The notes under the pieces are model-generated. The model saw only the letters and a list, made by a program, of their open reading frames with translations, was not told where the DNA came from and did no database searches. 64,000 bases of DNA, from NCBI RefSeq assembly GCF_964355755.1, contig NC_092677.1, positions 13,228,101 to 13,292,100 of the forward strand. The letters are read 5' to 3'. The stretch comes from Antedon mediterranea (Eukaryota > Animalia > Echinodermata). Shown in pieces: positions 11,759 through 25,300 of the stretch (position 1 is its first letter; each line of letters opens with the position of its first letter). A program made the translations under genes and the position numbers.

Positions 11759-14700
11759 TATAGAAATGCTTAGTGATGATTTACTATTTAATGTAAGCAA
11801 TAGTTTCGCTTGTTCAGGCATCAACTCTTTATGTTAGATATAGTTGTACACCCTAGGATTTGGATGGCTAGCGAATAGAAGAAATACGGAAAATATCATG
11901 ACTTTAAAGCTGTTTAAAAGTGTTTTTCCTCCTCCAGACGTTCCAACCCAACCGGTTTTGGAGGTTTACATTTTTAACAAATTTGACGTGTTTTAATGCC
12001 GATTAAAATACCTTGTGCAATCGGCATTTTAATGTTTACTGCATTCTAGCAATTAAGCAGATGTAATTCTGTATAAATACAGAATTAATCTATAAAAAAT
12101 CAGAATTCAGACAGTAAACATGGATTTGAAAAATATTTTTATTTAAAGCCAAAATTTCGGGAGATTTTGTTAATAATATTCGGGAGATGGATAAAAATTC
12201 AGTAGGCTCCGAGGGAAATCGAGGATTGTAACGTTTGCTCCTCCCAATTTTTATTATTAAAAGCATACTGTACAGCAGTTCCTAGAATAATTGTATTTGT
12301 ACCAGACATAATTATTTACTTTGTCATCTAAAACCAAACAAAATTAATATCGACTGGCAGTATGTCCTCACCTGCAAGTTTCTCGTTAGACAGCCTTCAG
12401 TAGTTTTAAACGATATTATATTCCATGATGGATACCAATCTGTCTTCAAAACGTTATTAAAGAAAAGGGATTTTTCCCCAATAAAAGCCTTTGATGTTTT
12501 AATGTGAGATCCGATTCTTGGAACTTTTAGATCAAGAAATGCTGATTAAAATGCATGAACTATAATTTCTTTTTTTTACATAAAAAAAAACTTTTTATGG
12601 TCTGAATAATGAAAGTTTGTAAACAAGTTCTTGCTTGTTCCTTTAATGTTCATATCCTTTAAATACCATTATTGTTTCTCATAAACACCTGTATTTTTTA
12701 AGTATTACTGTAGTGACATAGGTAGTACTTGGATGAATAGATGGACGGATGCCTAGTTACCGTAACTGCTCAGATACAGTAACGCAGGTGTAAATGCACT
12801 GGTGTAGATGCAATTTACTGATGATACCATAACCTGAGGTAGCACTAACATTTTATTTTTTTTAGTCAAATCAGTTTGTAGCCAAAATGGCACAACATGC
12901 GATACAGTAGTTTGGGTAGACTTCATCATCCATGTGTCGTGTAATGTCTGTCTCTCTCTGTGCAGTCTACCTCTGCTATCTCCATCATATTGAAAAAACA
13001 AAGAAACGTCTGGTACAACGAAACAAGTTGACAAAAATGGAGCTTGAAGAAGTAAACAATATGATAACAAAACAAATGCTTGGAGATTGGCAAATGGACC
13101 TTTTAGTGAGACTTTATGCTTTCTCCAAAATGATTATTTAATTATCTATTTTATCATACTGTATGTCATCGCCAAAATGGCTAAAGCAGCCATTTTATTT
13201 TTCGCCAATCTGGAAACGTTTTCGCCCATAGACTTAGAAACCTGTCTTGAGATGGAGAGCGAGAACACACGTTACAATATCTCTGCATATGTGCACAATG
13301 AATTAACATGACATAGTTTGGTCGTCGGCCATCGCAAATCGCAAATCAAAAGCTCCCTATTGATTGTAAAGATTTAAAGCAAATGTTGACTTCTTCCTTT
13401 TACTTTCATCAGCAGTTGTATTCTCTCCCTTCCTATTGTATGACCATGATATTGTTGTCTCACTGTACTGGCAAGTGTAAAGTACAGTATGTATACTGTA
13501 CTGATGGTGACAACTGTTAGAATCCGTACAGTACAGTACGTAGGTGTCCAAAGATTTGCTTCAGTTTACCGGTACTTCAGAACATCTGAACATATGCAAG
13601 TCCAGTTTCAAGAGAGTTGACCATTAATACGCATTTTTATGTACATTTTTATATAAAACCATGATCTGCATACAGTTTTAATATGACCAGTTCTATTATT
13701 GTAGATTATGCCATGGCATATAGCATTGTCTATATTCTTAATTCTTGATGTGATCAATCGCATATTTTATTGTCCCTTGATACCTCTACCTGTCTCTTTA
13801 ATTATATTTCTATTTTGTTTGGATTTTTTATGTCTGTTGAGAGATATGGAATTAATGATCATTGTTGAAGACCTTACAATTATTGCTGCATGAGACGGAG
13901 TCATTAATAATGTCTGTTTTTGGAATATTCTTCAACTTGTCTAATTTGTGTTCATCAATGTAAGGATATCGGAGGGATTACTGAAGCGTGGGTGCAACAT
14001 TATATTCTGACAACTCCGGACAATTGAGCAATTTTTCCTCGTTATTTTTTATCAAGTTTGTAACAAAATTTTTATTTTTGTGTAGTCATTATCTGATGAA
14101 GACAGTTCCAACAAATCCACAGAACACTAAAATATTACAGTAACATAGCAGAATTAGATTTTGTGACACAGGCTAGTAAAATCCTTGGAAAGTCTTAGTA
14201 TTTTAAAAACAGAAAAGTTTCACATTAAATAGGAAAATAAGTTTCAATTTTATAAATAAAAATAATGATTGAATTTGGCCAACAAATTTAGGTAATAAAA
14301 ATAACTGATTTCATTATTACACTACCCTGTATCAGTAATATTATTAATTAAATGTAATATGTAATAATTAAAAATAATTAACTGCAGAAAGTATTGATTA
14401 TCATGCTTTGGGAACGGGGATGGTAAAATCTCAAACAAGGAGAAAAGCCTTTACTCATGGTGCACCAACAGCTTAAAGTTCGATCTGAAGGACACAGCAA
14501 TACAATGTATCATCATCAACCCATTCACACAAATATGTTTGGACAAAAAGTGCTACATACCTCCTTAATAAAATTTGATTCAGTCACATGCCTTTCACAA
14601 ATGCAAATGTTAGTCCATCACAATAAACTAAACTTTGTTCTTGAGAGGAAAAAAAATAGTTTGCAATGTTAAAATAAGTTTTGTTATTATAAATTGAAAA

Positions 14701-17391
14701 ACAGTTTTAGTTTGAAACCTTGGCTTACATCCTGATTTAATATTATACTTTAAATTTTTACTCAAAAAAATGATCAAATGTTATTGTTTTAAATTAAATA
14801 TCTTTTGTAATCAAAATCTAAGATGAAAACTTTTCTAATGTTTATTTATTAATCTATGTTCAAATAATATAATGAACTTTAAATGAATTAATAGAATAAA
14901 GAGGCAAGAAGGGGATTTTTATTTTTTAGTTTTATTTACAATTTAAAAACAGTTTGGCTGTCATGTTCTTTTCGTAGTTACTGTATTTGACAATATGATC
15001 AGTATTGATTTTCTGTCACTCATACTTAATAAAACAGATAAAGAAAAACATACTTCAAATCTAAACTTTTTTTATCTACTGTATGTAAAACTGACAATGA
15101 CAATAAAATTCAAAATTTTTTTCTTGTCAAGCATCCTATAATATCATCAAGTTCTCCTTCCCATAGCGTGATTTTTCGTTTTGCATTTCCGTGATGCCGA
15201 TCGAACATGTGATCATCAAAAACATTGTGGTAATAAAAGTTAGCAGATATGACTAAATTTAGCAAAGCTAAAGTCAGCTTATATTTAACTGTATTGTCAG
15301 CTGTCTTTGTGAATTTTACAGGTTGGTTTCGCACTTCGTTATAGCCACATCAGACGCACATTAGGCTGAGGCAGTTCAATCAGTCAAACCGTAGGCCTAA
15401 GATGTATGTTCTGGCGTTGTTACTCAAAAAGCCATTTGTTATGTGTTCAGTTCTTATGTAATAAATCAAATAGTTATAAATTGATTGAAAGTGAAATTAA
15501 ACCGTTTGCAAAGGTGTTGCTACATTATCTATTGACTATCTAAAGCATTTTGTACATACAGTACTCAATGATTCAAGAAAATGTAATAAGTAACGTAATG
15601 TACAGTACATACTGCTTGTATACCCTTATAAAATAAAGTACCCTGTTTGTTTTTATATTTTCATTTTTATGGATGCTATAAAATAAAAGAATAAATGACT
15701 TCAATAATACATTATTTGTATTATATTAATGTAGCACAACAACAATGATAAAAAGAAGAAAAAAAAACCCACATAAATATTTTGGTCTGGGTCCAGTTTT
15801 TTTAGCATATAGGTCGATCTAACCCAGAGCCTCTGGAATAGACCTAAGCTGAGCCTTCCTTCATGCATACCAAAATGGTCTACTAGTATTCATTTTTAGA
15901 TCTCCTTTATTTAAAATCGTCAATTCAATAATAAATCACGCCTAGTAAGTAAGTAAAATATTTGAAACATTATATTAATAATAAAATAGACATTATTTCC
16001 AATGAATTGTAATAGCAATTTTAAAGAGTGTGTATTGAATATGATTGTATACATTGCAATATTAAATGTACATTATTTAATATTAATACAGTGATCTATG
16101 CAAACTAAAGACAAAATAGATACATCAAATCAAATTTATTGATTGTACAAATAAAGTTTACACTTAAGTTACAGTGGCCATATGTTATAAATGCATGAGT
16201 AGATACAATTGCTATTTAGTCATGTGACACGTATCCATCTCGCGAGCTGTAAACCGACACTCCAGCTTGTCACAAAGAATCTACTCGCTTTGATTTCCCT
16301 CATTGTACATCTTGTAACGTGACATATCTTGGTCATGGCTTCTGTTATTTTTGTTGGGGGAGATAGTCAGAATATTTTGATCGACCACCTCCTCTAAGAA
16401 TTAAGACTGACAAGGATCGTAGACCTTGACATGCATACACAATTTGCTTGATATTATATTGTAACATAACATCATTATTCATCATTCCATTGGTTCTGCT
16501 AAATTGAACACTCAAAATACTGCCTCTCGATTGGTTTATTCTATGAACACATTTAATAAAAATCTGATAAAATATTCCCACTTCATTGGCTCTGTTTACC
16601 AGGGTTAAAGGTCGTTTAGTTTGGATAAAGTACTATATCCCAAGTTTCACCTGGGTAGCCACTTTATAATGAGCAGTCATTTCCAATTGTGTACTCTTTA
16701 AATTTATTTATAGTGTTTGGAATTTTAAAATCAATTTCTGTTTAACTTGTAATAAGTTCCTGTTTTAAAGGGTGTATTTAAATTATGACTTCATTATCAT
16801 TCGTGCAACTAATCTGTAAAACATTTTGAACAGGTGGTTTTATGAATACAATTCTATATCTTCACAAAATTAGTGTTTTTTTATAATAATTATTATAGAT
16901 TGGTACAAGTAAAAAAGCAACAAGTATGAAATGTTTGTATCTCTATTATTGGTACTGGTGTATACATTACTAATAACAAATTTGGAGAAAAAAAAATTTT
17001 CCTCAGGCAAAGACAATAACATTAATAAGTTAATTTATTTACAATGTATTGTTTCCCTAAGTTGAATAGACCATCTTGTAGTTTTCATTTAAAGACAATC
17101 GACTTTTGGTTAAAGAAACTCCAAAAACCAAACACTTAATGATTTCACAAAGACCTGCATTAAACCAATATAATGTTTCTTTTAGTATTAAATTATTATT
17201 AACTTTTTTGTATTATTTTTTTTTGTCTATAATAAATAGGGATTTCATTTAAGGTGATCTGCAGTGTAGGCCCAATCACCCTTTGTGCTAAATTCAATGT
17301 TGAAAATAAATAATTCACAGTTAATTTTGTTTGAAAATTATTAAGATATGAATTTTGATTATGCTTTAAATTTTGGACAAAACATGAATAA

Positions 17392-17463
17392 AGCTCTGTC
17401 TACACTATCAAACTAGTTTGACAAAAAAGGTGTCACATTTTTTGTTGTCACATAAATCTTGAT
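17392..17463 (+). mobile_element. MITE family A, internally deleted/truncated copy
   Basis: taa|agctctgtctacactatcaaactagtttgacaaaaaa...tgtcacataaatcttgata. Confidence 0.75.
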
Positions 17464-18481
17464 ATCACTTGTAACAAAGAATTCCTTGCACATTTATAGC
17501 AAACAAGCACTATTAACAACCCAAATAGAAAACAAAATTATTCTTATATCCAGTGTGAAGGTCTGGAGTATTTTCCATTTAAAAAAGTAATAATAATAAT
17601 AATAATAATAGATTTATTTATCAAATTGTTTGAATATTGAATTGAAGATTTATCTTATTATTGCCTCATAGAAATTATATTATTTAGGAGCATGCATGCA
17701 TTTATTAGCCTGCATTGATACAACAGGACTCATGATTGGTTTTCAACCGGGCGATAACAATAACATCGGTATTAATATTCATTCATGAGAGAACAAATTG
17801 CTTTTGATAAATTAGTATTGATGCCAGGTCAAAGTGCTGTCTATAGGTTAATGTGATATTGCTAGCTAATAATAATACAATCTTCAAGAACGCTTCAAGG
17901 CAAATAGGCCAGCAGTTGGTTAGCTCTCAGGAGGTGATGGCTACTGTTTCCATTTTCTTAATTCCATTGGGTTGTACTGTACAGTAGTTGTTCTTCTAGG
18001 CTCTCCAGTATTTTACTCGGCAGTGATTTAGTTCACTGTTTGTGTTCCCTCTCTCACTCTTGTGCTTTTTATATGCCAATGTATTTGATTGTTTTTATTC
18101 TTTGTATTAAGACGAATAATTTAATGACATTACTTATACTGCAGAGTACTGTACATCTACCATATGAAAAGAGAGCTATTGCATTGATCAGTTCAGTTTG
18201 CAAAGAGATCACTTTTTAACACACTTTCACAATACACAGAGGGAAATAAATGGAGACACAAATAAACAAATACTGTAATGAGTACATTGTTTGCAGTAAC
18301 TGTACATCATGGAAGTCAGTAAAGTTTAAATATCTTGAGATTTAGCACTATATCTACTAATACCAAGTTATTCTGAATTCACCAGTGTTCCTCCATACGA
18401 ACCTTATAATAAAAAGCAATGGACGGTAATCATCAAAACTATCATGCACACATTAATACACTGCAGTGAAAGAAGACCACT

Positions 18482-18598
18482 AGCTTGGTTACCACATGTA
18501 CACAAAGCAAGCCTACTGTACTGTAATTAACTTGACCAATCACAACATGATGGGTCATCTGACCATTGCTTGTGGATTGGTCAATTCACTTGCGTTGC
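18482..18598. mobile_element. MITE family B, degraded copy
   Basis: agcttggttaccac ... ccattgcttgtggattggtcaattcacttgcgttgc, similar to 303-481. Confidence 0.5.
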
Positions 18599-19685
18599 AC
18601 CTACATTGTTGCTTTACCGTGTCCAATTAGTATTAAACCTTGCTAGCATTAACATTACAAGTAATAAATCCCTTAATACTGCTCAGTTAAATATTCCAAT
18701 ACATTATCTTAAATACTGGATGGATAACCATTCTGTTACTTTTATTAATTAAAACCTTTGTATTGTAAATAATAAAACTTAGTTATTATTATCATGGCAA
18801 TCAATATGTAAGAATTTATACAGTAAGGCGAGTTTATGCATGTGTTTTATGTGGCCAATACATGATTGTAAATAGAGCATTTATTAGTTGTGTTTTATTT
18901 ACTCATCTGCCAGCATTTATTGACAGGTACCCTTTGACATTGATTGACAAGTTGATCCCCTTTCTGCCAGCATATTATTAGATTGATAGATTTATTATTA
19001 CTTTACAAGTGGTGTTATGTTGTGTCAAGCCCTTTGTTAAACAGTATGGCACTTGTACCATAATAGTTCATCTGTTTAGATTTTAAATTTAGCTGTACAA
19101 AGATGCTCAACAATATTTTAAATACAGTAAGGTTTAAAATGCTGTTATTGTAACGGACAACAAAATTGTATAACTATAGAATAATTTTTAAAACATAATC
19201 ATGGAAAAATTTAATTTTAAAGAAACATAATTTTAGAAATGTGTAGCAAAGGTTGTTTGGTTTTTTCCTACAGTATGCTACAGTCACTAACGAAATTTCC
19301 CGATATTTTTTTTTTTTTCTCTTTTGTGGCGTTAACCACTATTTTATTCATTTCATTCTCAAATGATCAATACAATGATTTTACACTTCATCCAAATATA
19401 TATTCCCTTGTTATTCTGTTCTGTTATTTTCTTGTACTTTCTTTTATCTTTAGTACGATTTGATCGAAACAATTCGGTCAAATATATATACTTTATACTT
19501 TTATGTATTATCCACTTTTTTCATTATTTTCTTTTATTTTAACTATTCCTTTCTACAATAGGTCTATGTATCTGTACAAAACACACAAGTGCATATATTC
19601 GATATTTTTTACTTTATTATTATTATTAAAGAACAAAAATAAAATGTTAAGAAATGATTGAAGGAATACTAGTTGCATTTTAAAT

Positions 19686-19880
19686 GAGTGTGATAAGGTG
19701 GTTAACAATAACATGCCTTCTAATCCCCAAGGTCCAGGGTTCAATCCTGACCTAGTACATTGTTGGTAACTCGCTCACTAAATATCCATCCTATTTTATT
19801 TATAAGCATGATCGTTTTTCGATCCTGTAATTGGCAAGTAAAACTTTCCGTTTGATGTGTTTGAAATAAATAAATTATTA
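19686..19880 (+). mobile_element. Possible degenerate tRNA-derived SINE
   Basis: gtggttaac..atgccttctaatcc..aaggtccagggttcaatcct resembles a tRNA head with a decayed B box; A/T-rich tail (aaataaataaa). Confidence 0.3.
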
Positions 19881-20042
19881 TTGTAATAAATAATATTAAA
19901 TAAATAATCATGACTGAGAAGTTGATGAATCATTTGACAAGATGGAGAATACAGAAAAAAAAACTACTGTTAATAGTGTTAACTAGCAAAAATGAAATTA
20001 CATTGTTAATAGTCGTACTATAGTATTAGCCTAATAGTTTAA

Positions 20043-20240
20043 AGGTTTATTGATAAAAAATCAGATTTTGAATAGGTTATTTTGTAGTTTTAAAAAAGTT
20101 AATCACTTCCGCAGAAAAAAAATGTTTTCACCAAGACATACTGTATCAAATGGTTAAATTCAACCAAAAACCAACTGGCTGCCAGCCAATTTGACTCATT
20201 TTTGCTTTAAATTACAGTTTTTTTTTAGATAAATAATTTT
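20043..20240 (+). mobile_element. Family E repeat (Kolobok-like), partial copy
   Basis: Shares aagttaatcacttccg.agaaaaaaaatg, ttaaattcaaccaaaaacc..tggctg.cagccaattt and tttttgctttaaattacagtttt with 35245-35455. Confidence 0.7.
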
Positions 20241-20842
20241 TTTTTTTTAGTTTGTTGTACCTGTACGGTATTAACAATATTGAGCAAATTGTAATTACAA
20301 GTTGTACATAAATAATATAATTAAAAGTTATATACTGTAATATATTTCATTATTTATAATAATTACTGTATTCAAGAAAGTTGGTCATAGAGTACTATAT
20401 TGAAGATTAACAGTCATTTTATCTTGTCCATAACTTTGTTATTGGTAAAATACAATAATTCTTTACCGAATCACGACAATGTTAAATGACTTAATTGTCA
20501 CCGACGGATAACAGACCGCTACTTCATTATGCGATACAAACACTTAACAATAAGTTGTTTTTTAGTCATAAGAAGTGTTTAATCCTTGACCTGTGTAATC
20601 TTAATATTCACAAATTATGTAATCACGTTGTGTTGATGGCGTTTGTATAACTTGTTGATTTTTGTGTTAAGTAATATATATATATTTCCTTATGGTACAC
20701 TATGTGCGTTATCACGTTTCGTAATAATTATGGTTGATTATTTATAAATGAACTGCTTAGAATTCAGTTTTTGATATTGTTCTCTATTACCCTAAATAAA
20801 AGATAGAAACAATGGAAAACAACAATATGTACAGTTTGTTTA

Positions 20843-21002
20843 AGTTTGGTTTCCACTAGAATGCAACACAACAGCTTAAGCCACAACATAAGTGAAATGA
20901 CCAGAAACGACTCAATGGATCATTCGAACTGTCGCATGTGATCGTTTAACTCATTTATATCGCACTTGTGCCCTTGCATTGCGTCATAGTGGGAACCAAG
21001 CT
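20843..21002. mobile_element. MITE family B, diverged full-length copy, TTA TSD
   Basis: tta|agtttggtttccactag ... tagtgggaaccaagct|tta. Confidence 0.75.
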
Positions 21003-22308
21003 TTAAAGGAATTTACCGTTCTTGAATATCATCATCACCATCACCATTATATAAATCATAGGGGAAATACCCAGCTCCTAATCTATTTGTTTTATACTTT
21101 CCCGGATACTATGTTTAAAAAAAACCCACTACAATCAAATCATCTTTAAATCAGACAGTAGTGGACAAACAAGAAAGCAAGTGGCCAATTTACCCTTTAA
21201 AACCTATGGGAATGTACAGCAGTAGAAATCATCTGTTTTGTTGACATACCTTAAAACTTAATATGAAATATAGCTAATTATCTGGATAATAAATATTAGT
21301 AATTTTGTTATATTTTATTAAAACAATCTAAATCCTATTTTGAGTTATTATTAAGTCTTTATATCCAATACATCTAAATTTCTTTCATCACTGTATCACC
21401 ACAATAATCTGATCCGAAAAGAGGTTTTCGACTTAATAATCAGATTAGAAGATTAAAACTACCATCTTGCTTGTTCTTCACTCAATGTAGCAACATTTTA
21501 CATAATCTTTCATCATTGTCTTCGTCAACATGATACATCAATAGAAAACTCCATAACCATCATCACACTGCCATTATATGATACTATAATTGATAATTCA
21601 CAATTCAAATTTTTGAAATGTGAATAAATTATACAGCATATTCATCATGTCATTCAGTGTTGTGTATGATTGATATGAATTGATTGAACTGTTTAGTCTC
21701 TTAAAACTTTTACTGCAAATTGAATTATTCAACCACAGGTTTCAATCTTTATACAGTACAATGTATTCATAAACTTCACGTAATTGCTAATAAATGATCA
21801 CTATCATTTTACTAAAGGTTATAGTTCAATTCTATAATCAAACCGATTTTCTTTTCGTTGTGTATTGTAAAGAATGCAATTACAGTTATACCATTATGAA
21901 AATTCAGAAATGTAATTGATTGACTTTGGTTGCAAAGGTTGTGGTATTGTAAATATTGCTTTTTTCCTCAAAACATTTTAGCTTCTTTATTGGTTTTGAT
22001 TATATTGAGTGCCTAAAAAAAATGAACATGTTATGTTGCCCAAGCCACAATGACCTACAATTTTATCATATTATAGCTTTTTTTCTTTTTAATTGAGTTT
22101 TACATTTTTTAAATAGAAATTACATGTATGAGTGAATTTTCTTTACCTTTTTTTTCAATAAAATGACGAACACTGTCTTTTTATATCATTTCATATCATT
22201 TCTATGCTGGGCTTAGGCAACATTCCAGCCAATCAGTAAAACATGTTTCGACTAGTCACTATATTGTGATTAAGATTTGAATACTGATTTCTGTTTATTT
22301 TGTTTCAG

Positions 22309-25300
22309 CTGGAAAAGAGTCGGATGAAGATCAGGATGATGATCATATGTCAAGTGACGAGGAAAAGCTGGAGACCGATTCTACTCGTGCTTCGACGCCA
22401 CAAACACCGCCCTCTGTCGACTCACCATTACGCAGCTTATCGTTAATGGTCGGTGAAACATCATCTTCTAACTTAAAAAAAGAACTCATAAAAGAGAAAG
22501 GTTCTTATAACCAAGATATACCATTGGATTTTACTGTTAAGTCGCGGCGAGATGATAAAGAGACGTCTGGCAAAGGAGGTAAAACTCCGAACCAAGAACA
22601 AGAGGTTGCCCTTGACCTCAGTCTTAAGAGAACTCATAGTGAATGCGGATATTCCGATAAAATACAATCAGACCAAAATGTTATGTTCAGAAGTCGAAGT
22701 CCGCCAAACCAGAATCCTCACAGTAGGAGTCCTGTTGAACTTATACAACAATTGCAAAGGAACCACGACAATAGCATAAAACCGAAAGAAAAACCTACTC
22801 CAACCACTGAAAATTCTAAAGACCTGTTAAAAAAGACAGTTCAGCATAATTTAATACCTAAAGAAGCTCTTGTGAATGTTTCTAAAATGCCCACTGATTA
22901 TAATGTTCTTCCACCCCAAGTAAACTTTTACCGCACAGCTTCTGATCAGGGAAATTTTGTTTTATGTACCGATTGTTACCAGGCTTTTCCAAATATAGGA
23001 ATGTTATCAATTCATCTTATCGCAACAGGGCACAAGAGCATGAAATCTGTGAACACTCAGTTGTTGCGAGAGCGTGGTTATAATGTTATGATGGCTCCGA
23101 AAGGGAATTTATTCAGTACTTGTTCTTTACGTAGACGACCCAAACCGCCTGGTGGGTTTCGCACGCGCGATATATGTACTTACCGTTGTTCTGTTTGTGG
23201 TCGTTCGTTTTCTGACTTTTTCGAATACACTGTTCATCTAAGTAAAACAAAACATGATAAAAAACAGCATTTATCGAATAAAGGATTTGACGCGAGACCG
23301 AAACTTGAAACTGGTGCTTTTCAGGAGGAAATACCCGTTGCGCAGGTTATGAAGTGTATCGTTTGTCGTGAATCGTTTTCTAACCTTGAGGACTTGACCA
23401 TGCACATGCTACGAACGCAACATTACAACAAAGTTCCTGGTCACAAAAGTGGATACTCTCACAGAAGCGATGATGTATCTATGACAACTGGGAGAGAAAT
23501 CGATGATGACGACGATGATTTAATGGACACAGGTGATAGTCCACCAGGCTTAGTGATACCTGATAAAGTATGTGTGATATCGCGTGAATCACCAAATTTC
23601 CAAGAACTAAGTACTCTATCACATATTCCCGATGGCAATGAAATAATGGCAAGCCAACCATTAAAAGCACAAAAACTATCACGCATGTCCGATTCAAATT
23701 TAAACAGGCCACAACGGTCACCGTCAGACTCGGATGTGGAAGATCGTTATCAACCTGATGAACACTATTTCAGTGACAGATACCTAATGGATAGTTTGAG
23801 TTGGAGAAAAGGTCGACCATTGCGTTGCACTCGTTGTTCGCACACGTTCTCCAACATACAAAGGTTATCTGCACACATCAAACAAACAGGACACTATCAT
23901 ATTTCTGGTGATCAGAAACATTTGTGGAAAACGATGATGCAGCGACCGACGAGTAATGGCACTTTTACACATTTAAAACTAATGAGCACCCAACAACAGG
24001 TTGCCAATAAGCATGCTATGAATACCACTAGTCATCCTGGACACGATGATCCAAAGTACAACGGGGAAAAGCTGAAATCTCATGATAAAGGAGAATCAAA
24101 TGAGGAAAGTCGCCAGAATGATAGTGACAACATACATAATAAACCAGATGCATCAGTAAAAAGCCCCAACCATTTTCAGGAAATGACAAAACAGTCGAAA
24201 AACTCATCTCTTCCAGATTACATGCCCAAGGAGAACTCCATACAACAGCTTTATTCTTTTGTACATAACGAAGTACCACCACCATTGAGTTCACAAGCTC
24301 AGGTTCATGCACCTGTTAAAAAATACGTTGATCCTGATGATTTTGTTGTAATACTACCAACTGGATCAAAGGTTAAAAACGATAAAATGTCGGAGAATCC
24401 CCTAGGGAATCTAGCCTGTATGGTGCAGACAGCAAAGCAAATGAACTTTGAGAAAAGCGCATTTTCAAATAATGTTGATCGGTGGGTGTCTAGAGCTACG
24501 GATGACATTGAAGATGAGATACGATCAATTCCAAGTACGCTATCCGGATTACCAAAATGGTACTCTGCTCAACGATTACATTTTCGTCAAATGAATCGCA
24601 GTAATTCTCAAGAGACGATGTCCGATAAAACAGACATCGAGAGTAGCCACTCCGAGGAGAAAGATACACCTAGTATAAAGACTGAATCAACGGATATTGA
24701 CCTTGAGTTGAGCAATAAAGTAATTGATGGAAGTATATACACAGCTAATACCCTGATTGAGAAACTTGTCAATGAGTCAGACGACACTGATGCAGAAAGA
24801 GCCGATGAAATTGAACAGGATAAAAATATTAGGCATAGTATCCACCCACCAAATGATTCAAACTGCCGTGACAGTCCTGTCACTGTCATTTCACGACGAC
24901 CAACCAGTTCACTTGGAAATGTTCGCATAAAAAATGAATTCAGTAATCATGAATATGAACACATTGGCGACTCAATCAACAAAAAATGTGTCAAATCTGA
25001 ACCGGTAAGGATATGGCCTGAACCTGGGTCAGGGGTCATTGTACGAAGAGTGACTGAGATTCAGAAAATTTCTGAACCAATGGAAATTGACCATGTAGAT
25101 CATGCAAAGCAGACTTCTCCAGATTCTCATTCGCACAAACTGTCATCTTCTGTCGGAGAGGAAATGCGATCAACAGAAAGTCCATTAGATAAACTTGCCA
25201 CGTCAGTGAACGAAATTCCAATCACAGCAGAAGCGAATGGAAACTGTGATTTAAGGACCACTCCACCAAACGTTCAATCAAAAATTAGCATAAAAGAGGA

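Larger units (their letters stand above)
4576..22308 (+). other. tsh: Intron 1 of the teashirt gene (17,733 nt, GT-AG, phase 1)
   Basis: Donor GTAAGT at 4576; acceptor tttctgtttattttgtttcAG ending 22308. The join gives A+CT = Thr, then GKESDEDQDDDH in frame with Met 22347. Extra alternative exons inside the intron cannot be excluded. Confidence 0.82.

Noticed and set aside
12753-13311. Cys/His-containing short ORFs in the intron
   Set aside because: No coherent zinc-binding spacing or splice signals. They adjoin a transposon-like end (agctccc|tatt, about 13357), so are probably TE debris.
22347-22349. ORF-track Met 22347 as the true start of the zinc-finger gene
   Set aside because: The frame is open back to a strong acceptor at 22308, and a family-diagnostic first exon exists at 4536-4575. 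It is kept only as a possible alternative start.
22473-25221. Short antisense and alternate-frame ORFs overlapping the tsh exon
   Set aside because: Shadow ORFs of a long coding exon with no recognisable motifs.
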